Shown in pieces: positions 17,579-27,267 of a DNA stretch of 64,000 nucleotides. The position numbers were made by a program, and so were the translations under genes. The stretch's first letter is position 1, and every line of letters begins with the position of its first letter. The notes beneath the pieces are model-generated. The model ran no database searches and was not told the DNA's origin. It saw nothing but the letters and a program-made list of their open reading frames with translations. This DNA comes from an uncultured Acidimicrobiaceae bacterium (GTDB lineage Bacteria; Actinomycetota; Acidimicrobiia; Acidimicrobiales; CAIXPF01): contig CAVZHK010000001.1 of the NCBI GenBank assembly GCA_963775055.1, forward strand, positions 13,402 to 77,401. The letters are read 5' to 3'.

Positions 17579-18505
17579 ATGACCGACAACGCCCATGCCT
17601 CCAGCGCCGCCCATCGCAGCACCACCGCCGCGGCCGACGCGATGATTCCCGTGGGCCACCCCTTCGCCCAGCACCTGGCCCACGTGCGGACCCTCGAGGC
17701 GGTCGATCCTCATCGTGAGTGGACCCCCGCGGACGGACCCTTGGCCACGCTGTACATCAGCCACGGTGCGCCGCCAACGTTCGAGGACAAAGGGTGGATG
17801 AGCGAGATGCACCGGTGGGCTCGAGCCCTGCCCAAACCGCGAGCCATCGTGGTGGTGTCCGCCCATTGGGAGCAGGCCCCGTTGAGCATCACCAACAGCG
17901 CCCCCGCCGAGTTGGTCTACGACTTCGGCGGTTTCGCTCCCCTGTATTACGCCATGCGATATGACACTCCTGACGGTGGCGCGTTGGCAGCTCGGGTGTT
18001 GGGCGCGCTGGCGGACAACGAGCCGTTGCACGAACATCACGGCCGGGGCCTCGATCACGGGTCGTGGGTACCGCTCAAGATCATGTATCCGGCGGCGGAC
18101 ATCCCGGTGGTGCAGCTCAGCTTGCCGACGGATGATCCCGAGCGACTGGTGGCGTTGGGTGCTCGGCTGCGTTCGTTACGCCATGAGGGGGTGTTGGTCA
18201 TGGGTTCGGGGTTCATGACCCACGGCCTGCCGTTCATCACCCGCGACATGCTGCGCGGTGCGGTGCCCGCCTGGTCCCGTGAGTTCGACGCCTGGGCCGC
18301 CGACGCGTTGGAGCGGGGCGATCTCGATGAGCTGAGCCGGTTCCGCACCAGGGCCCCCGGGGTGGCGTACTCCCATCCCACGGTGGAACATTTCACGCCT
18401 TTGTTCGTGACCATGGGCGCAGCAACAGACCCCACGGCACCCGTCACCACCGCCATTGACGGATTCACGATCGGTCTGTCGAAACGCTCCTTCCACGCGG
18501 CCTGA
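17579..18505 (+). CDS. class III extradiol ring-cleavage dioxygenase (4,5-DOPA dioxygenase / YgiD-like)
   Basis: Motifs LYISHGAP, VVVSAHWE, YDFGGFAP.YY, GLDHGSWVPL and VMGSGFMTH. ATG 17579 follows GAGAGG; GTG 17570 is the track start. Confidence 0.8.
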   Translation: MTDNAHASSAAHRSTTAAADAMIPVGHPFAQHLAHVRTLEAVDPHREWTPADGPLATLYISHGAPPTFEDKGWMSEMHRWARALPKPRAIVVVSAHWEQAPLSITNSAPAELVYDFGGFAPLYYAMRYDTPDGGALAARVLGALADNEPLHEHHGRGLDHGSWVPLKIMYPAADIPVVQLSLPTDDPERLVALGARLRSLRHEGVLVMGSGFMTHGLPFITRDMLRGAVPAWSREFDAWAADALERGDLDELSRFRTRAPGVAYSHPTVEHFTPLFVTMGAATDPTAPVTTAIDGFTIGLSKRSFHAA

Positions 18506-18527
18506 CCAAGATCGCGGGGCGGCCAAT

Positions 18528-19799
18528 TCACGGCCGGTGAAGAGCGGAACCGCCGGACCCGTTCCAAAGCGCAGCGACCGGGACCGCCCAGATCCGTTCG
18601 CTGAGGCGCGCCGTGATGGATCCGGTATGCAACACGACGCCACACTCGAACCGATCGCCCAGACGATCGCGGAGGAATACGAGACCGCGAGCGTCGCTGG
18701 CGTTGACCGATCTTGCCGACTTCACCTCGACCGCGAATGCCCGTCCATCGGGGCGTTCGATGATGATGTCGACCTCGACCCCTGAGCGGTCCCGGAAGTG
18801 CGCGAACGTGATCGCCTCGTCGACCGTCGTCGCTTGGCGCATGAGCTCGTTGAGAACGAACGACTCAAGGAATGCGCCGGCTGTCGTCGATGCCGCCAAG
18901 CGAGCGGCGGACAGCGAGAGCGATCCGGCAGCAAGCCCGGTATCAGTCACGTGAAGTTTCGCCCGATGGCCGGCCTTGGCGGAGATGCCAACGGTCCAAC
19001 CCGGTAGCTCCGTGGTCAAGTACAGGCGCTCGAGCAGACGCCGATAAGACGCAAGCGTGGGGTGGGAGACTTCGAGCGCTGACGCCAACTCGGTGTTGAC
19101 CGCAGTCACTGACGTTCGTTGCGCGACAAGTCGGTAGAGCTTCGAGAGTGCGCCAGGGTGGCGCACGTCAATCAGCTCGGGTATGTCGCGATCGGCCACA
19201 GTCGCCAGGTAGCTGGAGAACCAACGGCTCCGTAGCGCTGACGTGGACCGTCGGAGCGCCGCCGGGTAGCCGCCGGCGATAACGACGTCGAACACATCTT
19301 GGCGCCCGAGTCTCGTCCGGAAGTTCCCGGGCTCACCCTCGTTCAGCAGCTCGGCTAGCCAGCGGTTCGTCGCCCCGAACAGCTCCGCCGCCGAGAGCGG
19401 CATGAGAGCAAGGCGATGGGCGCGCCCTGTGAGGGTTTCGGTGCCCAACGGCAGAAGGTGTGAGCTAACGGACCCCGCAAGCAAGAAGCGGCCTGCGCCT
19501 CCTTGTCGGTCGACGACGCGTTTGACGACGGAGAGGATCTCAGGGGCACGATGGAACTCGTCGATGGCCACGAGGCCCGATGACGCCAGTGCTGAGCCGG
19601 GGTCCTCGCGGACGAGCCGTAAGACGCCGTCGTCATCAAGGTCGAGAACGATGGCGTTCCGACGTTCGGCGATCGAGCTGAGCAACGTTGACTTGCCGCT
19701 GCCGCGGGGGCCTTCCAGCAGGATCGCCGGCTCCTCGTCGAGAAGCCCATCGATGAACAGTTCGGCCCAACGCTCGATGTACCCGATCGCTGGAACCAT
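18528..19799 (-). CDS. AAA ATPase with a DUF4143 C-terminal domain
   Basis: Walker A GPRGSGKST, Walker B LVAIDEF, and a C-terminal DUF4143-type ...VEVDIIIE...AVEVKSA... restriction-endonuclease-like fold motif. Confidence 0.8.
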   Translation of the reverse strand: MVPAIGYIERWAELFIDGLLDEEPAILLEGPRGSGKSTLLSSIAERRNAIVLDLDDDGVLRLVREDPGSALASSGLVAIDEFHRAPEILSVVKRVVDRQGGAGRFLLAGSVSSHLLPLGTETLTGRAHRLALMPLSAAELFGATNRWLAELLNEGEPGNFRTRLGRQDVFDVVIAGGYPAALRRSTSALRSRWFSSYLATVADRDIPELIDVRHPGALSKLYRLVAQRTSVTAVNTELASALEVSHPTLASYRRLLERLYLTTELPGWTVGISAKAGHRAKLHVTDTGLAAGSLSLSAARLAASTTAGAFLESFVLNELMRQATTVDEAITFAHFRDRSGVEVDIIIERPDGRAFAVEVKSARSVNASDARGLVFLRDRLGDRFECGVVLHTGSITARLSERIWAVPVAALWNGSGGSALHRP

Positions 19800-19823
19800 G
19801 CTCAAAGGGTACCACTACTTACA

Positions 19824-19902
19824 GGATCGTCCCCCATGTACTTTCGGAATCGTCCCGCTCCTAAGACCACGATCGTCCCATCTCTCCGTGCAGAATCGTC
19901 CG
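19824..19902. repeat. four copies of the core ATCGTCC spaced exactly 23 bp apart
   Basis: Core starts at 19826, 19849, 19872 and 19895. The flanks are ggATCGTCCc, gaATCGTCCc, cgATCGTCCc and gaATCGTCCg. It lies immediately upstream of the DUF4143 ATPase start. Confidence 0.9.
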
Positions 19903-19925
19903 ACTCCGGCCCGCGGGCGGGGCTC

Positions 19926-20330
19926 TCACACGCAGTAGAACTCCCGTAGTGGCGGCGGGGTACGTTGGGGGTCGAACTCGAACAACTCCAACAGCAGGCC
20001 GTCCGGTCCGCTGACCATGGCGTAGCGGAACATGTCAGCATCCTTGACCCCGCCGGGGATGGCCACCCCTCCGGCCTGCATCCGGCCCACCAACCCCGGC
20101 AGGTCCTGCACCGCGAAGCCCAGATGGTTGACCGGGCCCCAGTGGTTGGGCGCCAGTCGTACACAGGCTGAGCCGGCGCGAGCCCACCTGCAACGGCAGG
20201 CTGCGGGACCCGGCCAGTTCCGTGTCAGCCACCACCGTGGCACCCAGCCAACGGCGGTAGAAGCCCACGGTCCATGGGCGAGGTGTCCTGTTTGCAACAT
20301 CAATGCAGCGAGGATGAGGGCTGGTTGTCC
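19926..20330 (-). pseudogene. VOC/glyoxalase-family gene, frameshifted
   Basis: The C-terminal half NHLGFAVQDLPGLVGRMQAGGV...GLLLELFEF is in one frame. The N-terminal half ..VGFYRRWLGATVV....LPLQVG..RLSL is in another. The frame switch is near 20150-20175. Confidence 0.55.
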
Positions 20331-21380
20331 AGATCAGCGCCGAGCGCCGCGAGGACCTCGCGCCGGAGACGGTGAAGGACATCATCGAAATCCATCCCCC
20401 GGGCCTCGTTCTGGAGTCTTTCGACCTCCGACTCACCCAACAGCGAGCCGGGCATCGCGAACGGCCTCCTCCGAGCGTTCGATCTGGAAGAACGAATGGG
20501 CCGGTACCAGCACCTCGAGCATGCAGACCAGATGGTGGAGGTTACGATCACGAAGCCCCGGGAACTGGTCCCGCAGGGTGATCCGCAACACACCCATAGG
20601 TATACCGGTGGCCTCGCGCCACTCCAGCGTGCGGACAAGCTCCTGCAACCCCCTCGTCGGGTCGATCGCCGCAGCGGCACCCGCGGCGAAAGTCCGGGCA
20701 TATCCCACCAGTGGACGCAGCTCGGCCGCCCCAGCGGCTCGCGGCTCGTCGCCAGCACCTTGACCCCGGGCGCGACGCGTAGCACCGCATCGACCAGCTC
20801 TCCCGCAGTGTCCCGGACGTGCTCGCAGTTGTCGACCACCAACAGCATCTCCCGGGTCGGGAGCATGTCCAACAGCGATTCCCGCGGTGTCGATCCGGGA
20901 TGCACCACAAACCCCAACGCCGCCAGCACCGCGTGATCGAGGGCGGCAGGGTCCGAGACCTTGGCCAGCTCCGCAAGATCAGCGGCGTCGACCCAGAAAC
21001 GACGTCAGCTCCGACGGAAGGTTGGTGAGCGCGGCGCTCAATCCCCGCAGTGCCGGGAACGAATGGTCCAAACCCTCCGCCGCCACCTGCCACACATGCT
21101 CGGGTTCCGCCAGATCCCCCAGGCGATGACGCCCAAGGTCAACCAACACCGCGTCGCGCAGATCATGGCGCGCAAGTTCCGCAGCAGCGGCGGACACCAG
21201 CACCTGGCCGCCATGGCCGATCGCCATCAGGCGGGCCGCACGGTTCAGTGCCGAGCCATACCAATCGGAGAACCAGAACACAGACATCGCCACAAGCGGA
21301 CTGTACGCCCAACGTGGAAGCGCCGGGCCGCCGACGCGCTCGGGCGAGGCCTCGGTACCGGTCAGGACACGGCGCCCGTC
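20300..21380 (-). pseudogene. decayed paralog of the cyclase-like/AAA-ATPase/LuxR regulator (fragments in several frames, P-loop deleted)
   Basis: Recognisable pieces: DWYGSALNRAARLMAIGHGGQVLVS (end of a class III cyclase-like domain), TNLPSELTSFLGRRR, then directly ADLAELAKVSDPAAL...LLVVDNCEHV...VLATSREPLG. No GxxGxGKT lies between them. Compare the intact gene at 27264-30545. Confidence 0.6.
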
Positions 21381-22331
21381 CCCAATCAGCGCGCCGAGCC
21401 GTTCGATCTCCTGCCAGAACCCGGTGACGGTCTCGTCGATGATCGTCGCCGCAGTCTTGATCTCCGAGAACAGGGCCGCGGACTCGCCGGCACCGACCAT
21501 GGCCAGGTTGAGGTCACCGTTGTCGAACATCTCCAGCACCGGGCCGGCGTAGGGCTGGCCCTTGGGGTCGATGTCGCCCCGGGCCACAGCCTCGGCCACC
21601 TCGTTGCGGACGAAGCGCATCATGATGCCCTTCTTCACCGGCTCGAGGTTGACGGTTTCCGCGGCTTGCACGATCGCTTCTTTCACATTCACATGAACGG
21701 GGCTCTCAGCGGAAGTGATGAACCGGGTGCCCATCATCACGCCCTCCGCCCCCAGCGCAAAGGCACCGGCCATGCCCTTGCCATCAACGATGCCGCCGCC
21801 GGCCACCAACGGCACATCGACTCGGGAGCGGACCTGCTGGAGGAACGAGAAAAGATGGAGTGAACGGGTGCTGCGCAAGCCACCGCTTTCCGCCCCCTCC
21901 ACGATGAGCCCGTCGGCCCCGGCGTCCACCGCCTTGAGCGCGTCGTTCAGGCTGCCGGTCTGGTGGTAGAGCTTCACCCCCGCGTCGCGCACCCGGGGCA
22001 GGATCTCAGCGGGCGCACCCACGCAGGTGACGAGGAAGCCGGCCCGCCCATCAAGGGCCCAATCGAGCACCTCGTCGAGGCGGCCCTGCTGGCTGAGGAC
22101 CCGGAGAAACAGTTGCACGCCGAAGGCGGCGTCGCTCTGCTGGCGGATGCGGTCCTATTCGGCCTGGGTCTCGGCCAACCCGGTCGAGCTGGTCTCGAGC
22201 AGCCCCATCCCGCCAGCCGAGGACACCGCGCCTGCCAGCGCCCCCCGGGCGAAGTAACCGATGGGGGCGTTGAAGATCGGGTACCTGGCCCCGGTGTCAC
22301 GAACCACCCGGTTGCCCTCGAACGAGTACAT
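21380..22331 (-). pseudogene. nitronate monooxygenase (NMO/2-nitropropane dioxygenase) with an in-frame TAG; its 3' end runs into the regulator remnant
   Basis: ATG 22331 follows AAGGGGAG. The sequence MYSFEGN...PIFNAPIGYFA...GGMGLLETS...ETQAE-TAG(22155-22157)-DRIRQ continues into GADGLIVEGAESGG and VAGGGIVDGKGMAGAFALGAEGVMMGTRF. There is no stop before the cyclase-like fragment. The boundary coordinate near 21380 is approximate. Confidence 0.7.
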
Positions 22332-22500
22332 CGAACTCCCCTTTGGCGGATGTGAAATCGCCGTCTGGCGCCTCCCGTCGGCAGGCTACCGTCCGGCCCA
22401 GCGGCGAGAAACCAGGCCGTAATGGGGGTCAAGACGCGCCGGGGGGCCACTACCGGCGTGGCAGCGGCCCCCATTCCGTGACCGATCGCGTCGGCGGCGC

Positions 22501-24220
22501 TCAGCTGATGGCGGTGCCCACGCAGTCCCGGCCCGAGCGCATGACGCCGCCGGGCTTGGCGCCGGTGAACTCACCGTTGCGGCAGATCTCGGTGCCGTTG
22601 ACGATGACGTGATCGATGCCGTCGGCCTCGCCGTACAGCCTCCACGCCCCACCGGGCAGGTCTTCCCGAATCTCCACCGGCCGGGCCCCCACGGTCATGG
22701 GATCGATCACCACCACGTCAGCGTGCCAGCCCTCTTGCAGGCGGCCCCGCTCGTGCAGGCCGTAAAGTCGGGCCGGGGCGTCACTGATCAACTGGATGGC
22801 CTCTTCCCACGGCAGCAGCTTGAGCTCACGGCAGGCCCGGCCCAGCATGGCGGTGGTGGCGTTGAAGGTGGCCAGCAGGTCAAGGTGGGCGCCGGCGTCG
22901 GTGCCGCCGACCACGGTGCGGCTGTCCCGCCACACCTCCACCCGCTTCTCCCAGGTTTCACGATCATCGCCGACGACCGGTTGGTACAGACCGGTCTTGA
23001 GCCGATCGGCTACCGCGATGTCACACAACACATCGAACGGCTCCCGACCCTCGGCCTCCGCGATGTCACCGATGGAACGACCGGTGTACTCCTCGTTCTC
23101 GGAACTGAACACTTCACCGATGGTGTATTTGTGCCACTTGGCCAGCCCGCGCATGGGGCTGGGTCCCTGGGCCAGCTCGGCCAATTCCCGGCGAGTGGAG
23201 GGATCGGCCAGCAGCGCCATCTTGTCATCCACCGGGAGCGCCATGGGTTTGGCCCAACCGTTGAGCATGTCGAACGTGAAGCCAGACTCCAGACACAAGC
23301 GGCTCTGCACCGCGCAGGGCACGGTGAGGGCCAGCACCTCAGCGCCGCGTTCCCTTGCGTAATCGCTGGCCGAGAGCCGATTCCGCGTGACCTCCTGCTG
23401 CTTCGGCGAGAGGTTCACCGCGATGAGGTTCCAGTTGATGGCGCGGTTGGCCGCCAGTGACATTTCCGTCAGCAGCTCGATGTGGTGCTGCTCGAAGCGG
23501 CCCACGGTGGGGATGAACTCCAAGTTGGTGCCGTCGAAATCCCGGCACACCCCGGCCAGCGCGATCATCTCTTCACGGCTGGCATGACGAGAGGGCACCG
23601 GGTCACCCTGGGCATCGTTGTGGCTGGTGGCCCAGGAGGACGTGAACCCCAGCCCGCCCGCTTCCAGGCTCTCCGCCAGCGAACGCTTCATGTGGGCCAA
23701 CTCCACGTCGTTGGCGTGGTTGCCGATGGAGCGTTCCCCCATGGCGTTGCGGCGCAAGCGCGGAGTGGCCGACCATGAACCCGGCGTTGACCGCCAGGTT
23801 GCCCTCCAACAGGCCGAGCCATTCGCCAAAGGTGCGCCACGATCCCCACGGCACCCCGGTCTCCAGCGAGGTGAGCGGCATGCCCTCCACCCGGGACAAC
23901 ATCTTCATCAGGTATTCGCCCGAGTCCATCTCCAGCGGGGCGATGGTGAAACCACAGTTCCCGCCGATGACGGTGGTGATCCCGTGCAGCGGTGAAGGCG
24001 ACAGGTTGGCATCCCAGAACACCTGGGCGTCGTAGTGGGTGTGGATGTCAATGAAACCCGGGGAGACGATCTTGCCGGTGGCGTCGATGGTCTTGGCGGC
24101 GTCCTGGCTCACCTCCCCGATCTTGACGACCCGGCCGTCCTTGATGGCAACGTCAGCCCGGATGCCGGGGCGACCGCTCCCATCGATGACCGTCCCACCC
24201 TTGATGACCAGATCCAACAT
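22501..24220 (-). pseudogene. N-acyl-D-amino-acid deacylase (D-aminoacylase) family amidohydrolase, one frameshift
   Basis: N-terminus MLDLVIKGGTVIDGSG...SPGFIDIHTHYD. The frame changes near 23750-23765 (FMVGHSAL / RRNAMGERSIGN). Track ORFs 23603-24220 and 22501-23829 join into a single protein of about 570 aa. Confidence 0.8.
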
Positions 24221-24315
24221 GACGAACCCCCAGAACTATCGCTCTCCGATGCCAGCCATCGTACGCCGTGCGCAGCCCTGCCGTCGCCCTGCCCGCTGGC
24301 CGTAGCGTCCCCGCC

Positions 24316-25150
24316 ATGGTGACCTCGTGGTTGTTCGAGTTCTTTCACGAGCTTCGTGATCCCGCAGCCCGGCTCGACCCGGCCGCGATCAATGCTCATT
24401 TCGATGCTTACGTGGAGCTGTGGGTCAGGGCCGAGCAACGGGGCATCGACGGCATCTATTTCAGCGAGCACCACTTCGGGCCGGCTACAGCCCCTCCCCC
24501 AACCTGCTGGTCAGCCACCTCGCGGCCCGCACCACAACCCTGCGCTGGGGGTGTTGGGCACCGTCGGGCCCTACGCGACGCCATGGCGGGTGGTGGAGGA
24601 GTTCGCCAAGCTCGATCACCTCACCCACGGTCGCATGGAGATGGGCCTGGTCAGTGGCATCCCCCCGGAGTTCATGACTGCGGGGCTGTCGATCGCGGAG
24701 ATGAGCGAGCGCTATCGGGAGGTCTGCGATGTGCTCGACGCGCCCGGATCGGCTCCCCCGTCACCCATCAGGGCACCATTTGGTCCTTCGACGAGCTGCG
24801 GCTGCTGCCTTCGTTTCTGACACCCGATCCGCCGATCTGGACCGCGGTGCGCAGCGTTGCCTCAGCAGCCCGGGCCGGCGCTCGGGGGTGGAAGATCTGC
24901 ACCGGGTTCAACTCGGTGGCTGGGGTCGCGGCGGTGTGTGACGCCTACCGGGAGGCGGCGGCGGCGGCCGGCCACGAGGTGGGTCCGGACCACATAGGCC
25001 TGCGCCGTCTGGTGACGCTCGTGGATGATCCCGGGGGCGGGGCGGAGCGTGTTCGACGGGGCAAGAGGCGATGGTGGCCGCCCGATCCTCCGGGATGTGA
25101 GTGCTCGGCCAACATGGTTCCCGATCCGTCGGGTCCGCCAGCCCACCTGG
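24316..25150 (+). pseudogene. LLM-class flavin/F420-dependent oxidoreductase, at least three frameshifts
   Basis: MVTSWLFEFF...GIDGIYFSEHHFGP | GYSPSPNLLVSHLAARTTTLR | LGVLGTVGPYATPWRVVEEFAKLDHLTHGRMEMGLVSG... | GSPVTHQGTIWSFDELRLLP...PPIW. Frame switches lie near 24478-24488, 24541-24552 and 24738-24750. The 3' end is uncertain. Confidence 0.65.
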
Positions 25151-25152
25151 CG

Positions 25153-25975
25153 TCATGGGTTCGGCCAGCGCGGGGCTCGCTTCTCGATCAGCGCCCGGAC
25201 ACCCTCGCCGAAGGCCGGTTCCTTCACCATCTCCAACACCAACTGGTCCGAGTCCCGCACCGCGGTGCCGATATCCCGATGCAGATCGGTGTAGATCTGG
25301 CGCTTGGTCTCACGCAAGGAGCGGGGTGAGACGTTGGTGGCCATCTCCCGGGCGAAGCGGTAGGTCTGGGCCATGAGCTCCTCCGGTTCGAACAGCGCGT
25401 TGACCAGACCGATCCGCTCGGCTTCCTCAGCGAAGAACGTTCGGCTGGTGTAAAGCAGTTCGTTGGCCCGGCCCAGCCCGACGATGCGGGGCAGCAACCA
25501 GGACAGCCCGGCCTCCGCCGGCAGGTTCAACTTCCCGTGAGCGGTGGTGAACTTGGCGCCTTTGGCCGCGAAGCGAATGTCGAGAAAGCACGCCAGCACC
25601 AGGCCAATACCGGCGGCGGCGCCGTTGAGGGCCCCGATGGTCGGCTTGCTGAGCCCGAAGTGGAAGGCGTACGGATGATCAAACTCGGGACGCACGCCCC
25701 AGCCCGGCCGGGCCAGCTGCTCCCGCACCCCCGAGTCGTATTCGCCCTTGGCGGCGTGGCCGGCGAGCGCGCCACTGTCCGCCCCGGCACAAAAGCCCCG
25801 CCCCTCGCCAGTGACCACGATGACCCGCACCTCGGCGTCTGCTTCGGCCTGGGCCAGCAACCACCGATACTCAGTGTGCATGCGCCCGGTCCAGGCGTTG
25901 AGCCGATGCGGGCCGCGACAACGTGATGGTCGCAATTTGATCATTGACCGCGTACTTGGTCGCCTTGAGCTCCAC
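25153..25975 (-). pseudogene. enoyl-CoA hydratase/crotonase family, one frameshift near the 5' end
   Basis: VELKATKYAVNDQIATITLSRP (frame A) joins HRLNAWTGRMHTEY...VTGEGRGFCAGAD...LNGAAAGIG (frame B). The switch is near 25905-25915. The start codon is uncertain. Confidence 0.7.
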
Positions 25976-26032
25976 AGGGGGAAGGTAGCAGCATCCCGTA
26001 TGGTATGGCTTGCGCGGTCGGCGAACGTGGGG

Positions 26033-27212
26033 CTACTCGTCGTCGCGGCGCCTGACAAAGTCGGCCATGCCGGGCACCGTGTAGGCGATCATGCCGTGTG
26101 CCGGTGAATACACGATGCCCTTGCCGATGAGTCTGGCTCGTGCCGGCCCGAGCGATCGAGAGCTGGACCGGCCCAAGCGCTCGGTAATGTCTGCAATCCG
26201 TGATGGTTGCCCGTCGTCAGGCACCATTGCCCTTAGGAAGTCGCGTTCAGCTTTTGTCGCTCGTTCCCACCTCGACGAGTAGAAGCCGACGTCGAGTTGT
26301 TGCTGGCCTTCAGTGATGCCGACGGCGGCATCTTGGAGACCGATCGTGTCGCGGCCCGGCCGCGGCATCCCACACCGTCTTGCCGAACTGTTGCAAGAAA
26401 TAGGGATAACCTCGTGACTCGTCGAGCACAAATTGAGCAGCATCACGCTCCCACCCAACCTGCTGGGCGGCGGCGGGTTGCGTCAGGGCATACAGCGCAT
26501 CAGTCTCGGTGAGTCGGTCAATCACCCGGTACTCGAAGAGGCGCTCAGCGTAGGACTCGGCCTCCGCAAGTCTCGTCGGCAGACTCGGCAATCCCCCACC
26601 GATCACGAACCAGGGAAGGCCCGCCTGGCCGGCGCGGTGACAGGATCTGCCCACCGCTGACATCTGGTCGGCCGTCAGTTCCTGCATCTCGTCGATCAGA
26701 ATGGCAACGCCGACCCGGTCCTCCTTCGCGGCGGCACCGACGGTCTCCGCCAGGTCAACGAGATCGAACTGGAGGTTCCCACTGTCCGCTCTCCCGGGAA
26801 TTCGCTCGACCCCGAGGGAGATCCCCTGGGCACCGACTGCGGCCTGGAAGGACGTGATGGAACCGAGCGCCGCTTTGACCTTGGCCGTCGCTCTGGTGAG
26901 CCACGTCCCCTGGCGGCGCGCCGCGTTGGCGAGTTCGGTGGCAAAGGCCGCGGCGAAGTGGCCGGGCTGGGTGTGTTCAGCCTCCACCTGGACAACGAGC
27001 CACGTCCGATCGAGGGCACGACCGGCCAGTTCGGCCAACAGCACGGTCTTACCGACGCCACGCAACCCGCTGAACACGATGCTTCGCGAGATGAGTCCCC
27101 GCTGGGCACGGTCGGCCAAGATCTCGAACGCCTCGATGTCTGCTTCTCGCCCGGCGAGAGCCGCTGGCCGCAGACCCGCCCCCGGGTTGTAGGGGTTGGC
27201 TCTCGGATCCAC
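26033..27212 (-). pseudogene. STAND/Arch_ATPase-like ATP-binding protein with a C-terminal wHTH, one frameshift
   Basis: Walker A GLRGVGKTVLL and Walker B VAILIDEMQEL. The frame switch is near 26350-26362 (FLQQFGKTVWDAAAG / RDTIGLQDAAVG). The C-terminus RIADITERLGRSSSSLGPARARLIGKGIVY is wHTH-like. GC is visibly lower than in the surroundings. Confidence 0.65.
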
Positions 27213-27231
27213 GAGCCAAGTATACGGACTA

Positions 27232-27267
27232 CTAGCCCCTACTAGCGTTTTTGCTATCCGGGGCTAG
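27232..27267 (-). terminator. hairpin CTAGCCCC-20 nt-GGGGCTAG overlapping the regulator stop codon
   Basis: An 8-bp perfect stem read directly. There is no U tract, so the function (terminator or regulatory) is uncertain. Confidence 0.3.
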
